From a virus: DNA of 64,000 nt. Shown piece after piece: positions 9,710 to 20,274 of this stretch. The DNA is taken from positions 62,448 to 126,447 of the IMG/VR virus record IMGVR_UViG_3300042691_037870. One strand, given 5' to 3'. The translations under genes and the position numbers were made by a program. Under the pieces are notes generated by a model. That model was given only the letters and a program-made list of their open reading frames with translations. It made no database searches and was not told the DNA's origin. The number at the start of each line of letters is the position of its first letter. The first letter of the stretch is position 1.

Positions 9710-12424
9710 TTAACTTTCAAAAAATCCCATAGTCTTTTTACCCGCCGCACACCATTTTCCTAAGTAAAGTACATATGCAAGATTTGATAAAGAAAGTCTT
9801 TCATATGAAGGCAAATCATCTTGAATAAATGGAAGTAATGCAGTAACAAAAGGTGCTGCATCAACAGTTACAGGTTGAGTTTTTTCAACACCTTCTATTG
9901 TGTATTTTAATGGAATTGTTATTTTAGGAATTGCGCCAAGAGGTTCAGAAGTAGTTATACCATCCACTATGACAGAACCTCGAATTCCTGTCGTGTGCCA
10001 AGATTCTTTAGAACCAACCATCTTAATTGAAAACGGCCATCCCGGATTAACTATATAAACAAACGGGGCAGGACATAAACCACAAATTGCAATTCCTATT
10101 ACAATTAAACAGATAGGATTAGGAATTACAGCAATAGGTTTCCAAATAATAGGAAGAGGTATTTTAATTAATGTAGTTGGAGTAGGTATTACAATCCCAA
10201 TTGGCCAGTATAAAGGTAATAAGTTAACTATTGTTGCATTGTTACAATATTTTTTCCAATACTTTAAAGAAGTAACTGGCGGTGAATTAGGTCTTGGGTT
10301 TCCTGCGTAATTAATATCTTCAGGAGGTTCAGTTACATCTATTTCATTTTTTACAGGCCACTTAATAAGAGTAACTTTATCACCGTTAATAAATGAGGAA
10401 GTTGGTGAACTACCTTCAGGTAATACACAACCACTTTTAACTATCATATCAAGACGAGCAGGAAAACTATCAATATATGACTCTAACTCTTTAATTTTAC
10501 TTAAGAGGTCATCATATTTTTTTTGTAAAGTATCATAAGCATTAACTGTAGAGATACGTAAAGTCTCTATTTTATTACGGCTTTCAATCGGTAATCTTAA
10601 TGCATGATAACCTAAATTTTTAGAATATTCAACAACTTGCTGATATACATCCTCTGATAAAATTCTTACTGTTTCAGGTAGATTACGATCCTTAGATTTT
10701 AAATCTTCAATTTCTTTTTCTACATTTCCAGCATCAGACTCTGGTTTTATACTTTCGCTTAAAGATAACGCTTTTAACAAAACACCATTTTCAGTATCGG
10801 GTAAACTACCCTCCCATATTCTAATTCCTGTGTCTACGTTAAAAATATAAGTACCTACTTTGTTAGGATTAATTCTTAAAGATGAATAAGTAAATACAGA
10901 ATTAGTATTAACCTCACGATCAATTTTTTGCGAGTTAACGCCATAACCAAATGGTGGGTCAATTTTTTGATCCCATAGACTTAAATAATCGCCTCCACAC
11001 AATATATTATTTGTAAAAGGTTGAATTATGTCTCTCAATTCACTCAGAATTTCTTCTATGGGTTTATATGATTCTTTTTCAATTTTTTCAAAATTAATAA
11101 ACACATATTTTTTAGCATCACCTTCTTTTGTTTTAATATCTGATACATCCACTCTTGCAAGGGCTGCTGTATCTTCTTCTTTAACATAAACACCGCCTTT
11201 TCCTTCTGCTAAAGATTGTAATTGTGCATTAATGTCTAATATTTGATTTGCAATTTTAACTTGTTGTGTTATTAAATCAGTGGCTTGTTTTTTTACCTTG
11301 TCTGATAGCTTATCATTAACAATAACAGCGCCTTCCTTAGTTATCTTATCAAGAAAACTTTTGTTTTTATTATAAGTCTCAAAAAGTTTATCCTTTTGTT
11401 TTGCAAGTTCTGAAAAAATACCTGTGTATTTAGAAACCCCCATATACTGGCCTACATAAATTCCTGAGATAATTTTTCTTACATATACTTCAGGTTCAAG
11501 CTTACCAATTTTATCTTTAAGATCACTAAGTTCAGCAATTTTTTGTTTTAGAATTTCTGACTCTGCAAAAACTTTTGTAACTGTTTCATCCGGTGAAGGC
11601 TCTTCAATCATTATAAGATTATCACCTTTCTTTGTTGTGGACTTAACATATATCTTTTTAATTACACCTTCCTTAACAGGTGAAGTTAAAACTTTTCCAC
11701 CTACTTCTAAAATAGGTTCTCCACAGTTAACGCTATCTCCTTCATTTTTTAAAATCTTAACGGTTGCTGTTTTAGTTTTTTTGTCAAGTAAATCTTTAGC
11801 ACCTGAAAAAACTACAACAGTTTTAGGAGGTTTTTGTAAAGCATCTGCAGGTTCTACTTGAGGTGGTGGAGTAATAACCAATTCATCTGTAAAATCTAAT
11901 TGCTCTACAGGTTGTGGTAATTGAATGTCACATTTTGCATCAATCGCCTCAGTAAGAGAAACGTCAGAAAGTATGTTTGGTGTTTCTTTTCTTATTTCAC
12001 ATTCTACTGAAACGTCTTGAATAACCTTTTCAATTTCTTCTGGGGAGTAGTTCGGTAAAATTGTAGTTGTATCAGCAGGACAAGCAGTAATGTCAATATC
12101 TTCTATAACAGAACTTCTTTCTGTAAAAGAAATAGATTCTTTATCTTCATCATCAAAATTAGATAACGATCCTCCAGTATTCCCTACTGCATTATCTTTT
12201 GTTGTAAATGAAATGTTTGCAAGAGGGCCGTACTTTTCAGCTACAATAGACATTAATTCATTAATATTTTTACCTTCTTCACCTGTAGGTATAAAAGGTA
12301 CTCCGTCTATTCTTTTTGCTTTTTGCTTAATTTCATTAACTATCGCATCTGCAACAGCCTTTTTACCACTTAAAGAACTAAGTAGTTGTTGAATATATGC
12401 TGCTCCTGCTGTTGGGTTTGCCAT
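9710..12424 (-). CDS. Large virion-associated protein with biotinyl/lipoyl-like domain, coiled coils and Pro/Cys-rich C-terminus
   Basis: VKILKNEGDSVNCGEPILEV...TSPVKEGVIKKIYV..KKGDNLIMIE barrel-sandwich-hybrid pattern; directly downstream of the gp5-like gene. Confidence 0.6.
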   Translation of the reverse strand: MANPTAGAAYIQQLLSSLSGKKAVADAIVNEIKQKAKRIDGVPFIPTGEEGKNINELMSIVAEKYGPLANISFTTKDNAVGNTGGSLSNFDDEDKESISFTERSSVIEDIDITACPADTTTILPNYSPEEIEKVIQDVSVECEIRKETPNILSDVSLTEAIDAKCDIQLPQPVEQLDFTDELVITPPPQVEPADALQKPPKTVVVFSGAKDLLDKKTKTATVKILKNEGDSVNCGEPILEVGGKVLTSPVKEGVIKKIYVKSTTKKGDNLIMIEEPSPDETVTKVFAESEILKQKIAELSDLKDKIGKLEPEVYVRKIISGIYVGQYMGVSKYTGIFSELAKQKDKLFETYNKNKSFLDKITKEGAVIVNDKLSDKVKKQATDLITQQVKIANQILDINAQLQSLAEGKGGVYVKEEDTAALARVDVSDIKTKEGDAKKYVFINFEKIEKESYKPIEEILSELRDIIQPFTNNILCGGDYLSLWDQKIDPPFGYGVNSQKIDREVNTNSVFTYSSLRINPNKVGTYIFNVDTGIRIWEGSLPDTENGVLLKALSLSESIKPESDAGNVEKEIEDLKSKDRNLPETVRILSEDVYQQVVEYSKNLGYHALRLPIESRNKIETLRISTVNAYDTLQKKYDDLLSKIKELESYIDSFPARLDMIVKSGCVLPEGSSPTSSFINGDKVTLIKWPVKNEIDVTEPPEDINYAGNPRPNSPPVTSLKYWKKYCNNATIVNLLPLYWPIGIVIPTPTTLIKIPLPIIWKPIAVIPNPICLIVIGIAICGLCPAPFVYIVNPGWPFSIKMVGSKESWHTTGIRGSVIVDGITTSEPLGAIPKITIPLKYTIEGVEKTQPVTVDAAPFVTALLPFIQDDLPSYERLSLSNLAYVLYLGKWCAAGKKTMGFFES

Positions 12425-12435
12425 ATCATATTTTA

Positions 12436-13215
12436 TTAAGGAACTGTTACTGTTACGTTATTTGATGTAGATGCAGTTTCTGCCGCTGCCGCTGCCGACG
12501 CATTAGCGCCTGGACTTGGTGGCCATTTTAAATCAACTGCTGCAGATAAAGATTTTAAGAATGCCCATAGTGGTTCTGCGCCTACTGCACTAAAATTACC
12601 AACTGGCCCTAATTGTGTTAACGTAGTTCCGTTATAGATACAAGTTTGTGCAGTTGCTTCAATCTTATTTGCAGCTGTAATATTAATGTTATTTTGTGTT
12701 GTGATATTGCAGTCAGGACCTACAAGTTCAATAATACTTTGTGAGTCAGCGTGTTCAATTGTAATACTTACATCAGGATTAATTGTAATGTGCGATTTTT
12801 TAAAGTAAATTTCAAATCCCTTAGATGGTGTATAAAAAACTCTCATATCTTCATCAACATCATACATAATTACATGTGAATTAAGATATGAATCTGCTAT
12901 TTCATCTTTTACAGCTTGATTAATGTAAGCAAGTGAGTGCCATTCAGGGTTATACATTTCTCCTTCTGAAAATGTTACTCTTACAATAGCTTTGTTCTTT
13001 GGTATTGAAATATCACCAAATCCACCATCAGCTCCACCACCAAACATTTTTGAAGATCCAGGTGAAGCCCAAGGTAAATCTTGGGTTGGTATATCATTAA
13101 AGATACCAAAAACATTTACTTTACAACGCCCTTCTTGTAATGGGTCATTATTATCAACAACTTCACCGTAGAAAATTCTACCTACAAGTTCATCTTTATT
13201 TAATCCTTTTATCAT
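12436..13215 (-). CDS. Baseplate central spike (gp5/VgrG-like OB-fold, no lysozyme domain)
   Basis: GEVVDNNDPLQEGRCKVNVFG...LPWA...IP...VRVTF..G....P Gp5_OB motif followed by beta-repeats. Confidence 0.85.
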   Translation of the reverse strand: MIKGLNKDELVGRIFYGEVVDNNDPLQEGRCKVNVFGIFNDIPTQDLPWASPGSSKMFGGGADGGFGDISIPKNKAIVRVTFSEGEMYNPEWHSLAYINQAVKDEIADSYLNSHVIMYDVDEDMRVFYTPSKGFEIYFKKSHITINPDVSITIEHADSQSIIELVGPDCNITTQNNINITAANKIEATAQTCIYNGTTLTQLGPVGNFSAVGAEPLWAFLKSLSAAVDLKWPPSPGANASAAAAAETASTSNNVTVTVP

Positions 13216-14975
13216 TATAAATCTGCTTTACCTAATGTTGTTTTTGGAATAAATGGAGCGGTTAAATCCGCTTTACCAGGATTGGTACCTGCTTGCGCAA
13301 ATGCTGTTAAATTTGTTTTTTGTGGAGATGATCTATTTACATTAGGTGCCTCTAAACTTGCATTTCCAATATTTGAGGAATCTGTAGTTATATCATTACC
13401 GCTATCAGCAATTGTACCAGCTCTACCTGCTACGCCTGGGTTAACAGGCACTGTTGTTAAATTTGCATTTCCTAAAGGCCCTCCAGCATTTGCATTGCTT
13501 TCAAAAGAAACTGATCCTAAATTTCCTGGAATTGGTATATTTCCTTGCATATTTCCTTGACCAATAATGTTTTGTACTAATTCTATTTCAGCTCCGGTGA
13601 GTTCAACTTTTTTTGCTATCTCAGAACCTATTGTAGGACTACTGTGTTTTCTTAATAGATTTTCTATAGCGCCTGCAGGGTTATTTAGTATATCTTGAGC
13701 TGAACCCAATAAACTTGTAGGAGATACTCCAAATGCATTTCCTAAAAGAAAGCTATTTACCTGATTTTTTACAAAGTCTGTTGCTGCTGCTTCTAATCCT
13801 TTAAGTGCTCGGCCGGCTAGTTGACCCAATAATCCACTACTATTGGGTAAACCATTATCAGAATTAAATTGTTTTTGAGATTGGTCGCGCTGAAGTAACC
13901 CACTTCCAAAATCATCTTTTGCAGAAGCTTCATTTGCAACAGATTCAGGTATTACTCCGTTTTCATTAGGAATTGGACTTGGGGTATAAATTGTTTTATT
14001 TGCGGCATCTTTACCATAATCACTATATGTGGCAGTGTCTTCAAGAATAGCACCTAATAAACCATAAACATTTCTTTCACGAATTACATTTGTTTTAATT
14101 ATAAGTTTATTTGTTGCCATTACATCAGGCGAAATCCCAACACTTTCTAAAAAAGGAGGTGCTTCAGTAAAAAAATCAATTTCGCATTGCTCAAAAGAAA
14201 ATTTAACAAATGTAGCTGTAGACCACGGAACCGTAGGATCGTATAAACCATATTGCTCTCTTTGATTTGCATTAGATAATCCAACGCTTGCTTTAAAAGA
14301 ATCTATACGATTATTTACTCCATCAACAATTTTTTCTTTTGCTTTTGCAAATTTTGATTGTGGTTCATTTTTTGGCTGACCTGGTGAATTTGTAGTTTCA
14401 CTTTTCTTTACCCCAAACTTCATAGGTCTAACTTCACTTACCACAATATTCATTTTAAAATATCTCATGTGGTCAGGAACTGCCCATCTCATCCAATTTG
14501 CATCCCAAACAGCTTTACGATATAAGTCAATAATGTAATTCATTTTTAAATCAATTGACTCTAAAGTTTCAATGGTTAACTTTTTATCTTTACCTCTCCA
14601 ATTTTGAGCAGGGTCCATTTTCCAAGCATCTGCTAATCCACTTACTTTAACAAAATACCACGGGCATTCATTAATTAGTTGTTTAAAATGTTTTTCAAAA
14701 AGTAATATGTAATTAGCTCTTTTATATTCACCTCTATTTTTTAAGTAATTATATGTAGAATAGATGTCTTTTTCAGGGTCTTGAGAAAATAGACCATGAG
14801 GTAAATCATTCATATCGTATAAATTATTTACGCTTCTTGTTGGAATCTCTACAAGCTGTATCTGAAACCCTACATAAGTAGGATCTTGATAGTCACTCAT
14901 TGGACTCGGTGCTGTTTGATCCAAACTATTTCCATAGTTATGAAACTGCTTAGTAACTTTATCAGCGTAAAACAT
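13215..14975 (-). CDS. Putative tail tube/baseplate junction protein with repetitive C-terminus
   Basis: Position in the hub operon; tube-like core (LESIDLKM...YRKAVWD...FEQCE); C-terminal G(N/K)A(N/S/D)L repeats. Confidence 0.5.
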   Translation of the reverse strand: MFYADKVTKQFHNYGNSLDQTAPSPMSDYQDPTYVGFQIQLVEIPTRSVNNLYDMNDLPHGLFSQDPEKDIYSTYNYLKNRGEYKRANYILLFEKHFKQLINECPWYFVKVSGLADAWKMDPAQNWRGKDKKLTIETLESIDLKMNYIIDLYRKAVWDANWMRWAVPDHMRYFKMNIVVSEVRPMKFGVKKSETTNSPGQPKNEPQSKFAKAKEKIVDGVNNRIDSFKASVGLSNANQREQYGLYDPTVPWSTATFVKFSFEQCEIDFFTEAPPFLESVGISPDVMATNKLIIKTNVIRERNVYGLLGAILEDTATYSDYGKDAANKTIYTPSPIPNENGVIPESVANEASAKDDFGSGLLQRDQSQKQFNSDNGLPNSSGLLGQLAGRALKGLEAAATDFVKNQVNSFLLGNAFGVSPTSLLGSAQDILNNPAGAIENLLRKHSSPTIGSEIAKKVELTGAEIELVQNIIGQGNMQGNIPIPGNLGSVSFESNANAGGPLGNANLTTVPVNPGVAGRAGTIADSGNDITTDSSNIGNASLEAPNVNRSSPQKTNLTAFAQAGTNPGKADLTAPFIPKTTLGKADL

Positions 14976-14984
14976 ATTCTAAAT

Positions 14985-14992
14985 TATATATC
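14985..14992 (-). promoter_or_regulatory. Late promoter-like motif GATATATA
   Basis: Recurrent octamer 10 nt upstream of the start at 14975. Confidence 0.55.
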
Positions 14993-14996
14993 TTTT

Positions 14997-16541
14997 TTAT
15001 CCCAACGGAGTCGGCCATTCACGTCTTGTCATAATAAATGTTTGAAACATGGTTGGGCCTGCATTTTCACCAGAGTTAACAGGTGAATAACTTGTACCTT
15101 CACCTGTGTATGTAAGTTTCATACCGTTTATCATATAATACCCACTATAAAATTGATCCATCACAATAAAATCCTGATAAGAAGAAGCTTCTGTAACTTT
15201 TGCATCTTCTCCAGTAGCATCAGCCATTGCTTTCATTTTATCAGTTTGTGAAATAAGAACAATGGGTATTTTTTCACCCATATAAATGTTAGGATTCCAT
15301 CTTGTAACATTTACTTCAAGATATAACTTACGAGTTTCCAATAAGTTTCTTTCATTATGTGCTTTTGCATAAATAAATTTATCGTGAACATTTGTACTTT
15401 GAATTCCTTTCCATACAAAACGATTTTGAGTTTTCCAATATTCTTCTTGAGACGGTGATTTTCCACTTGCGTCCTTTTCATCTTCTTTCTTAGGAAATGT
15501 TCTACCTTTAAGAATGATTTTTTTATTCTCAGCTCCATCTGAAGTTTTTGGGTCAATAAAAATATCCCAATACTTTAAGCTTTTCATATCAAAGAATTGT
15601 ACATGATACTTATATCCATACTGCTCATGTATTTTAGTACTTTCGTTAATCGTTTTATACTGGCGAACAAACATATTAGTTCCTTTTAAACTTCCAATGT
15701 TTGTTAGCATTTTAGCTGACTGTGTTTGCGATCTTTCAACTTTGCCTACATCATTAGAATAAAAATCTCTAAAGAGAGTAGAATCTAAAATGCCTGCCGC
15801 TAATTGCCCATCACCTTCAAGCTGATTATTTACATTTATAAAGTTTAAGTGATAATATACATCAATAAATACTTTATAAAAACTACGTTCATCTTTCCAA
15901 GATGCGCTTACAATGTCTTCAATATATTGTTCCCATGTACTACCCGGACAAATCCAGGCTTGTGAATCTGCAGTAGAAGTTTCATTTGTGGCAAAACCTA
16001 ATTCTAATTCTTTTGCAATATCTTGCAATACATTAAATGAATTTCCGTTATATGATGTAATAATTTCATCTTTAATATGTGGTATGAATAATTCTCCAGT
16101 AATTGTAGTTGTACCACCACGATTCTCAATTCCACCACCACCAGATTGAACCTGTTTAATTATGTAATCATTACGAATAGGTTTAAAAGCATCATTCTTA
16201 GCACGAATAAAAACACTTAAGATATCACCGTCTTTAGGATATGATTGTGAACGAAACGCATCAGTTTTAACTAATGTAAATACTAGGGTGCATGTAGGGA
16301 CAAACCCTGTTGCATCAATCCTAAAAGATTGAATTTCATCCGCATCAAAAACATAGTTATTAATTGTAAGAAATGGGTAATCAACTCCAAGTTGGTTTTG
16401 ATGCTGTTCACCAGTAGTTATACCTTTTTGTGTTTTAAGTTTATCACTTGTTCCTGTAAACACATCTTCTACTTCAAGACGGTCAATCTTGATTTTAGGA
16501 TCAAATAGCGATCTTACAATGGTATTTTCGTCTTGTGCCAT
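14997..16541 (-). CDS. Baseplate hub protein (gp27/late control D-like)
   Basis: Position between gp53-like and gp5-like genes; LQDIAKELELGF and YSGYYMI motifs typical of hub proteins. Confidence 0.65.
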   Translation of the reverse strand: MAQDENTIVRSLFDPKIKIDRLEVEDVFTGTSDKLKTQKGITTGEQHQNQLGVDYPFLTINNYVFDADEIQSFRIDATGFVPTCTLVFTLVKTDAFRSQSYPKDGDILSVFIRAKNDAFKPIRNDYIIKQVQSGGGGIENRGGTTTITGELFIPHIKDEIITSYNGNSFNVLQDIAKELELGFATNETSTADSQAWICPGSTWEQYIEDIVSASWKDERSFYKVFIDVYYHLNFINVNNQLEGDGQLAAGILDSTLFRDFYSNDVGKVERSQTQSAKMLTNIGSLKGTNMFVRQYKTINESTKIHEQYGYKYHVQFFDMKSLKYWDIFIDPKTSDGAENKKIILKGRTFPKKEDEKDASGKSPSQEEYWKTQNRFVWKGIQSTNVHDKFIYAKAHNERNLLETRKLYLEVNVTRWNPNIYMGEKIPIVLISQTDKMKAMADATGEDAKVTEASSYQDFIVMDQFYSGYYMINGMKLTYTGEGTSYSPVNSGENAGPTMFQTFIMTRREWPTPLG

Positions 16542-17164
16542 TATTTAGTATTTAATCTATTCTTAATAAGTCTTGAAATAAATTCACTTTTAGATAGCGG
16601 CTTATCGCAGTCTTCATCTTGTTTTGTAACATTAGGTCCAAAAATAATCTTACCATTTCTAACTTGTAATTCAGTATCTCCAAACCCAGCATAGTTAGGT
16701 GGTAATGCAGGCTGATTACCTTTAGATGGATCAGGTTTTCTTGGCGTGTCACGTTTATCAAATGTTCTAAAGTTAGGATCAACTGTTGATTTTTTCTCTG
16801 GGGTAATATATTGATCACGGATATCAGCCCTATCAATTTTTGATTCATTACCGGATCTCATGTTTCTTTCCATACTAGGTATATCAAACGTATATAAAGT
16901 TTCCCCTTCATCAATCGCAAAAGGGTTTGAGATTCCGTTAAATTTAAGAACACCTTCCATTGAGTCGAGATAACCGTACATTTTTTGTGTAATTAAATCA
17001 GGCCTCATAACATCATCAGCGGTAACTAAATAATAAGAAATTACACTCGGATAAACACCCTCCTCGGATTTTACTAAATCTTTTTTTAGTAAGTCAACTA
17101 TATCGTTACCTTTTTTATCTTTAATAAGAGGTTTACTGTCTACGGTTTTTGTAAAACTTAACAT
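16541..17164 (-). CDS. Baseplate wedge protein (gp53/LysM-like)
   Basis: YLVTADDVMRPDLITQKMYG...LKFNGISNPFAIDEGETL. Confidence 0.8.
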   Translation of the reverse strand: MLSFTKTVDSKPLIKDKKGNDIVDLLKKDLVKSEEGVYPSVISYYLVTADDVMRPDLITQKMYGYLDSMEGVLKFNGISNPFAIDEGETLYTFDIPSMERNMRSGNESKIDRADIRDQYITPEKKSTVDPNFRTFDKRDTPRKPDPSKGNQPALPPNYAGFGDTELQVRNGKIIFGPNVTKQDEDCDKPLSKSEFISRLIKNRLNTK

Positions 17165-19266
17165 TATTTCTTAGCATTATTTTCATTAGCAGCGGCTACT
17201 TTTCCTGCTTCGGGGTTATAACCATATCCTTGAGCATATAAAGCACCAAACTTATTAGCTACTACAGGCTGACTTGCAGTATTCCCAGGATCGTTTTGCT
17301 GTTCACGCTGTACATCTGGATTACTTGCCGTAGCTTCTTTTTCAGAACCTTTAGGATCATTTGAGTAATACTTATATCTACTTGGAATTGATGTATCAAC
17401 TGGTGATTGAGTTGTAGATGCTAAGTTTTCTTCATATCCTTTAGGAAGTGCATAAATTCGTCCACGACCTTTGTTAAACATGGATTCAATTGCAGGTTTA
17501 TCTCGAGGCATACCGTGCTCAAGAGTTATTGTTGCTTTAATCTCTGTTGGAAAATCATCAGGACCAAGCTCATCACTAAATTCAAGTTTGCAATTAGTAC
17601 ATATCATATTACCCATCATCATAATCGGATTTTGAGGAGGTCCTATCATTAAGTGCCATTCACCCACAGGTGCTCCAGTTAATAAAGAGTGAATACCCGT
17701 AACACGTGTTCTTGCTTGTGAAGATGTCAAGTTCATAAATTGTTTCATACCGCCAGATGCAATTTGTTGTAATCCTTCTTCAGGACTACCACCTAATAAC
17801 TTATTAAATAAATCACTCATGTTCTGAAACACTTTTGTGAATTGATCTGAAAGAGCGGAAAAGAATGCTTCAGGATTGCCTTGCATCCAAGCAGCTTTAC
17901 CTGCCGCGCCTCCTAAGAAAGGGTCAGCCGTACCGAAACCAGCATTAGGCATATGACGGTTAGCACCACCCCAGAATGGAGCTGTTGCCGAACACATTAA
18001 CATAATGTTACCAATAATATCTAATCCAGCTGCTTTAGTGTTTATCCCACCAATTGCTCTAAGACTATATTCAAATTGTAGATTAATCGTATGTTTAAAT
18101 TCTAAACCTCTTTCTCTACCTTTAGTTTTATCAATTACATTTACAGGTCCAATAATCTTATTAGCATAAGGACCGTTGTTATAAGGATCAACTGGCTCAG
18201 GACCTGGAGTTTTTGTTTTTGCACCAGCAGCACCACTTGTTAAGAATCCTAAAACTTTTGATAAACCTGGAGCAGGATTATTTACAGATCCTCCATCACT
18301 ATCAGTATTTACTTCCCAAACAGCAGCTTCAATATCTTTCCATTTAAGTGCAGTTTCAATAGGCCCTAAAATAGTAGACATTTTATTTCCCGTATCTTCA
18401 CCTAAGAAAGTAAGCATTGTTGCTACGGGTTTTAGTTTTTCTCCCTTAACTTCGTTACGGACTTCTTCAGCGCTGGAAACCGCATCATTTACAGGGAATG
18501 CATATCTTCTTAAAGTAATAAGATAGTTATTAGGAATTTTGTTCCACCATTTTAAAAATGCAAAGTCTGTAAACTTATAAGGAAATTTATTTACATTAAG
18601 AGGAGTTCTTGACCAATTTACAATTTCTTGCGTTGTAGGTGCAGTTGATGGCTGAACACCAGCACCACCGTCAACTGTAGGCTCAGAAACATTATACCAA
18701 CGTATTTGATTCTCGCGATCAATTAAATACTTATTATTTACTTTACCACCCGCCGCTTGTAGGTTAATATATGAGTTAGGGTTAATTAAAGCAGGTACAC
18801 CAAAGAATTCTGTAAACTTATTTGCCACTTCAGGAGGAGCATTTTGTCCAGCAACTTTAGCTGATTTTTCATCATTAGGGTCGCTGGGGAACGCCATACC
18901 ATCAATAAGAGGGTGCTCATTTGCAGCGCTCATTGAATATACAACTGCTCCAGTATCGCTATTTACAGCAAACACAAGTCGTGGATCTTGAGGACTAAGA
19001 TCGTCAATACTAGGTGGTGGCGCTGCTGGAGTTGTATTTGTCTGTGGTGGTTCTGCAGGCGGTGGCGTAATAGGATAATCTATGATTACAGTATTTGGTG
19101 GATAGTTTGTTTCAGGGGCTGTTTTCCAAGTACCTTTAGTTTCATCCACAGCACTACGAATCATCATCACATCTTCTGTAGCTGATAACTCTGGATTTTC
19201 AGTATCAATGTTTCTATAATAAAAGATTGGACCTTGTTTTCTAATAAACTTTTCTGCTTCTGCCAT
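17164..19266 (-). CDS. Putative baseplate/tail-tube initiator (gp48/gp54-like)
   Basis: GEWHLMIG..NPIMMMGNMIC...DDFPTEIKATITL tube-fold-like C-terminus; first gene of the hub operon. Confidence 0.55.
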   Translation of the reverse strand: MAEAEKFIRKQGPIFYYRNIDTENPELSATEDVMMIRSAVDETKGTWKTAPETNYPPNTVIIDYPITPPPAEPPQTNTTPAAPPPSIDDLSPQDPRLVFAVNSDTGAVVYSMSAANEHPLIDGMAFPSDPNDEKSAKVAGQNAPPEVANKFTEFFGVPALINPNSYINLQAAGGKVNNKYLIDRENQIRWYNVSEPTVDGGAGVQPSTAPTTQEIVNWSRTPLNVNKFPYKFTDFAFLKWWNKIPNNYLITLRRYAFPVNDAVSSAEEVRNEVKGEKLKPVATMLTFLGEDTGNKMSTILGPIETALKWKDIEAAVWEVNTDSDGGSVNNPAPGLSKVLGFLTSGAAGAKTKTPGPEPVDPYNNGPYANKIIGPVNVIDKTKGRERGLEFKHTINLQFEYSLRAIGGINTKAAGLDIIGNIMLMCSATAPFWGGANRHMPNAGFGTADPFLGGAAGKAAWMQGNPEAFFSALSDQFTKVFQNMSDLFNKLLGGSPEEGLQQIASGGMKQFMNLTSSQARTRVTGIHSLLTGAPVGEWHLMIGPPQNPIMMMGNMICTNCKLEFSDELGPDDFPTEIKATITLEHGMPRDKPAIESMFNKGRGRIYALPKGYEENLASTTQSPVDTSIPSRYKYYSNDPKGSEKEATASNPDVQREQQNDPGNTASQPVVANKFGALYAQGYGYNPEAGKVAAANENNAKK

Positions 19267-19288
19267 TTATAGAATATCTTATTTTTTC

Positions 19289-19296
19289 TATATATC
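19289..19296 (-). promoter_or_regulatory. Late promoter-like motif GATATATA driving the baseplate hub operon
   Basis: Recurrent octamer 23 nt upstream of the start at 19266. Confidence 0.65.
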
Positions 19297-19322
19297 ATAG
19301 AATCAATTATACATAAGATTGG

Positions 19323-19330
19323 GATATATA
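19323..19330 (+). promoter_or_regulatory. Late promoter-like motif GATATATA (divergent, plus strand)
   Basis: GATATATAGAAAA, the same context as the minus-strand copy, 20 nt upstream of ATG 19350. Confidence 0.55.
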
Positions 19331-19349
19331 GAAAAACTAGTTATACATT

Positions 19350-19538
19350 ATGAAACAGTCTTCACAAAGAGAATTTACTAAAAATCTTATACCACCTAAG
19401 AAAAAACAAAAAGATTCTGTTTATACGCTAAAGCCGCGTTTAAATAAAAGATTGATATTGAGAATGCGTAGTCAGCAGTGGGAAGTTATTAAAGAAGAAA
19501 ACTATTCTTCTACTTCGGAATCCATCCAACAAACTTGA
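19350..19538 (+). CDS. Small basic hypothetical protein, the only supported plus-strand gene
   Basis: 62 aa, mostly fills an otherwise empty gap, has its own late-type promoter. Confidence 0.55.
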   Translation: MKQSSQREFTKNLIPPKKKQKDSVYTLKPRLNKRLILRMRSQQWEVIKEENYSSTSESIQQT

Positions 19539-19939
19539 ATAGGTGTGCATTCAATAATATGCACTTTTTTAATACTAGGAAAGAATAAGACTTCTTCAAA
19601 GAGTTCGTAATATTCTTCATTCTTTCCTTTTTCTGTTAAGAAGATTACTTTTTGAACTTGTGTCTGTTCTTGACAAAAGTGAATTAAACCACGAATAATT
19701 TCATCATTAAGATTTTCATTAACATAAATAATCGACTGCATCTTTTTACTTGACGCAGTCGATGTAATGATTTTCTTAATCTTTTGGTTTACAATATAAG
19801 ATGAATAAGAATCAATATTTTCTATAGAATACCCTAAGTCAACGACCACTTCGTCAACCGCAATAATTTGTTGCTTTCTTAAATTAAGAAAGGCTTTTTT
19901 AAGTTTTGCTCGGTTTTCTATAGTTATGTATAGATTCAT
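19502..19939 (-). CDS. Hypothetical protein
   Basis: 145 aa, coupled to the upstream gene. Confidence 0.7.
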   Translation of the reverse strand: MNLYITIENRAKLKKAFLNLRKQQIIAVDEVVVDLGYSIENIDSYSSYIVNQKIKKIITSTASSKKMQSIIYVNENLNDEIIRGLIHFCQEQTQVQKVIFLTEKGKNEEYYELFEEVLFFPSIKKVHIIECTPIQVCWMDSEVEE

Positions 19940-20274
19940 TATTCAGTAGGGTGTACGTGTGCCGTTGTAATTTTTTTCATATGACGCTTTTCCCATTTAG
20001 CATTTTCCAAAGCATATAACTCATCTACATGAGCGGTTGCTTCTTCAATCGTCATACCTGTTTCTTGAAAAGAAGTAATTCTCTTTTGATACACTTCTGC
20101 TTCAAAAGCTTGTTCATACTGCTCGCGTGCTTGAACATTTTGCAAGTGAATTTGTTTTCCACTTTCCATTCTTCTTTTACGCATTTCAGCTTTTTCAGAG
20201 GCTGACATATTTGCAAATTGTTTACGCAGACCTAACTGCTTTTCCATTTTTCGTCTTTGTTGTCTGTTATACAT
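19939..20274 (-). CDS. Hypothetical basic helical protein
   Basis: 111 aa with NRQQRR N-terminus. Confidence 0.7.
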   Translation of the reverse strand: MYNRQQRRKMEKQLGLRKQFANMSASEKAEMRKRRMESGKQIHLQNVQAREQYEQAFEAEVYQKRITSFQETGMTIEEATAHVDELYALENAKWEKRHMKKITTAHVHPTE

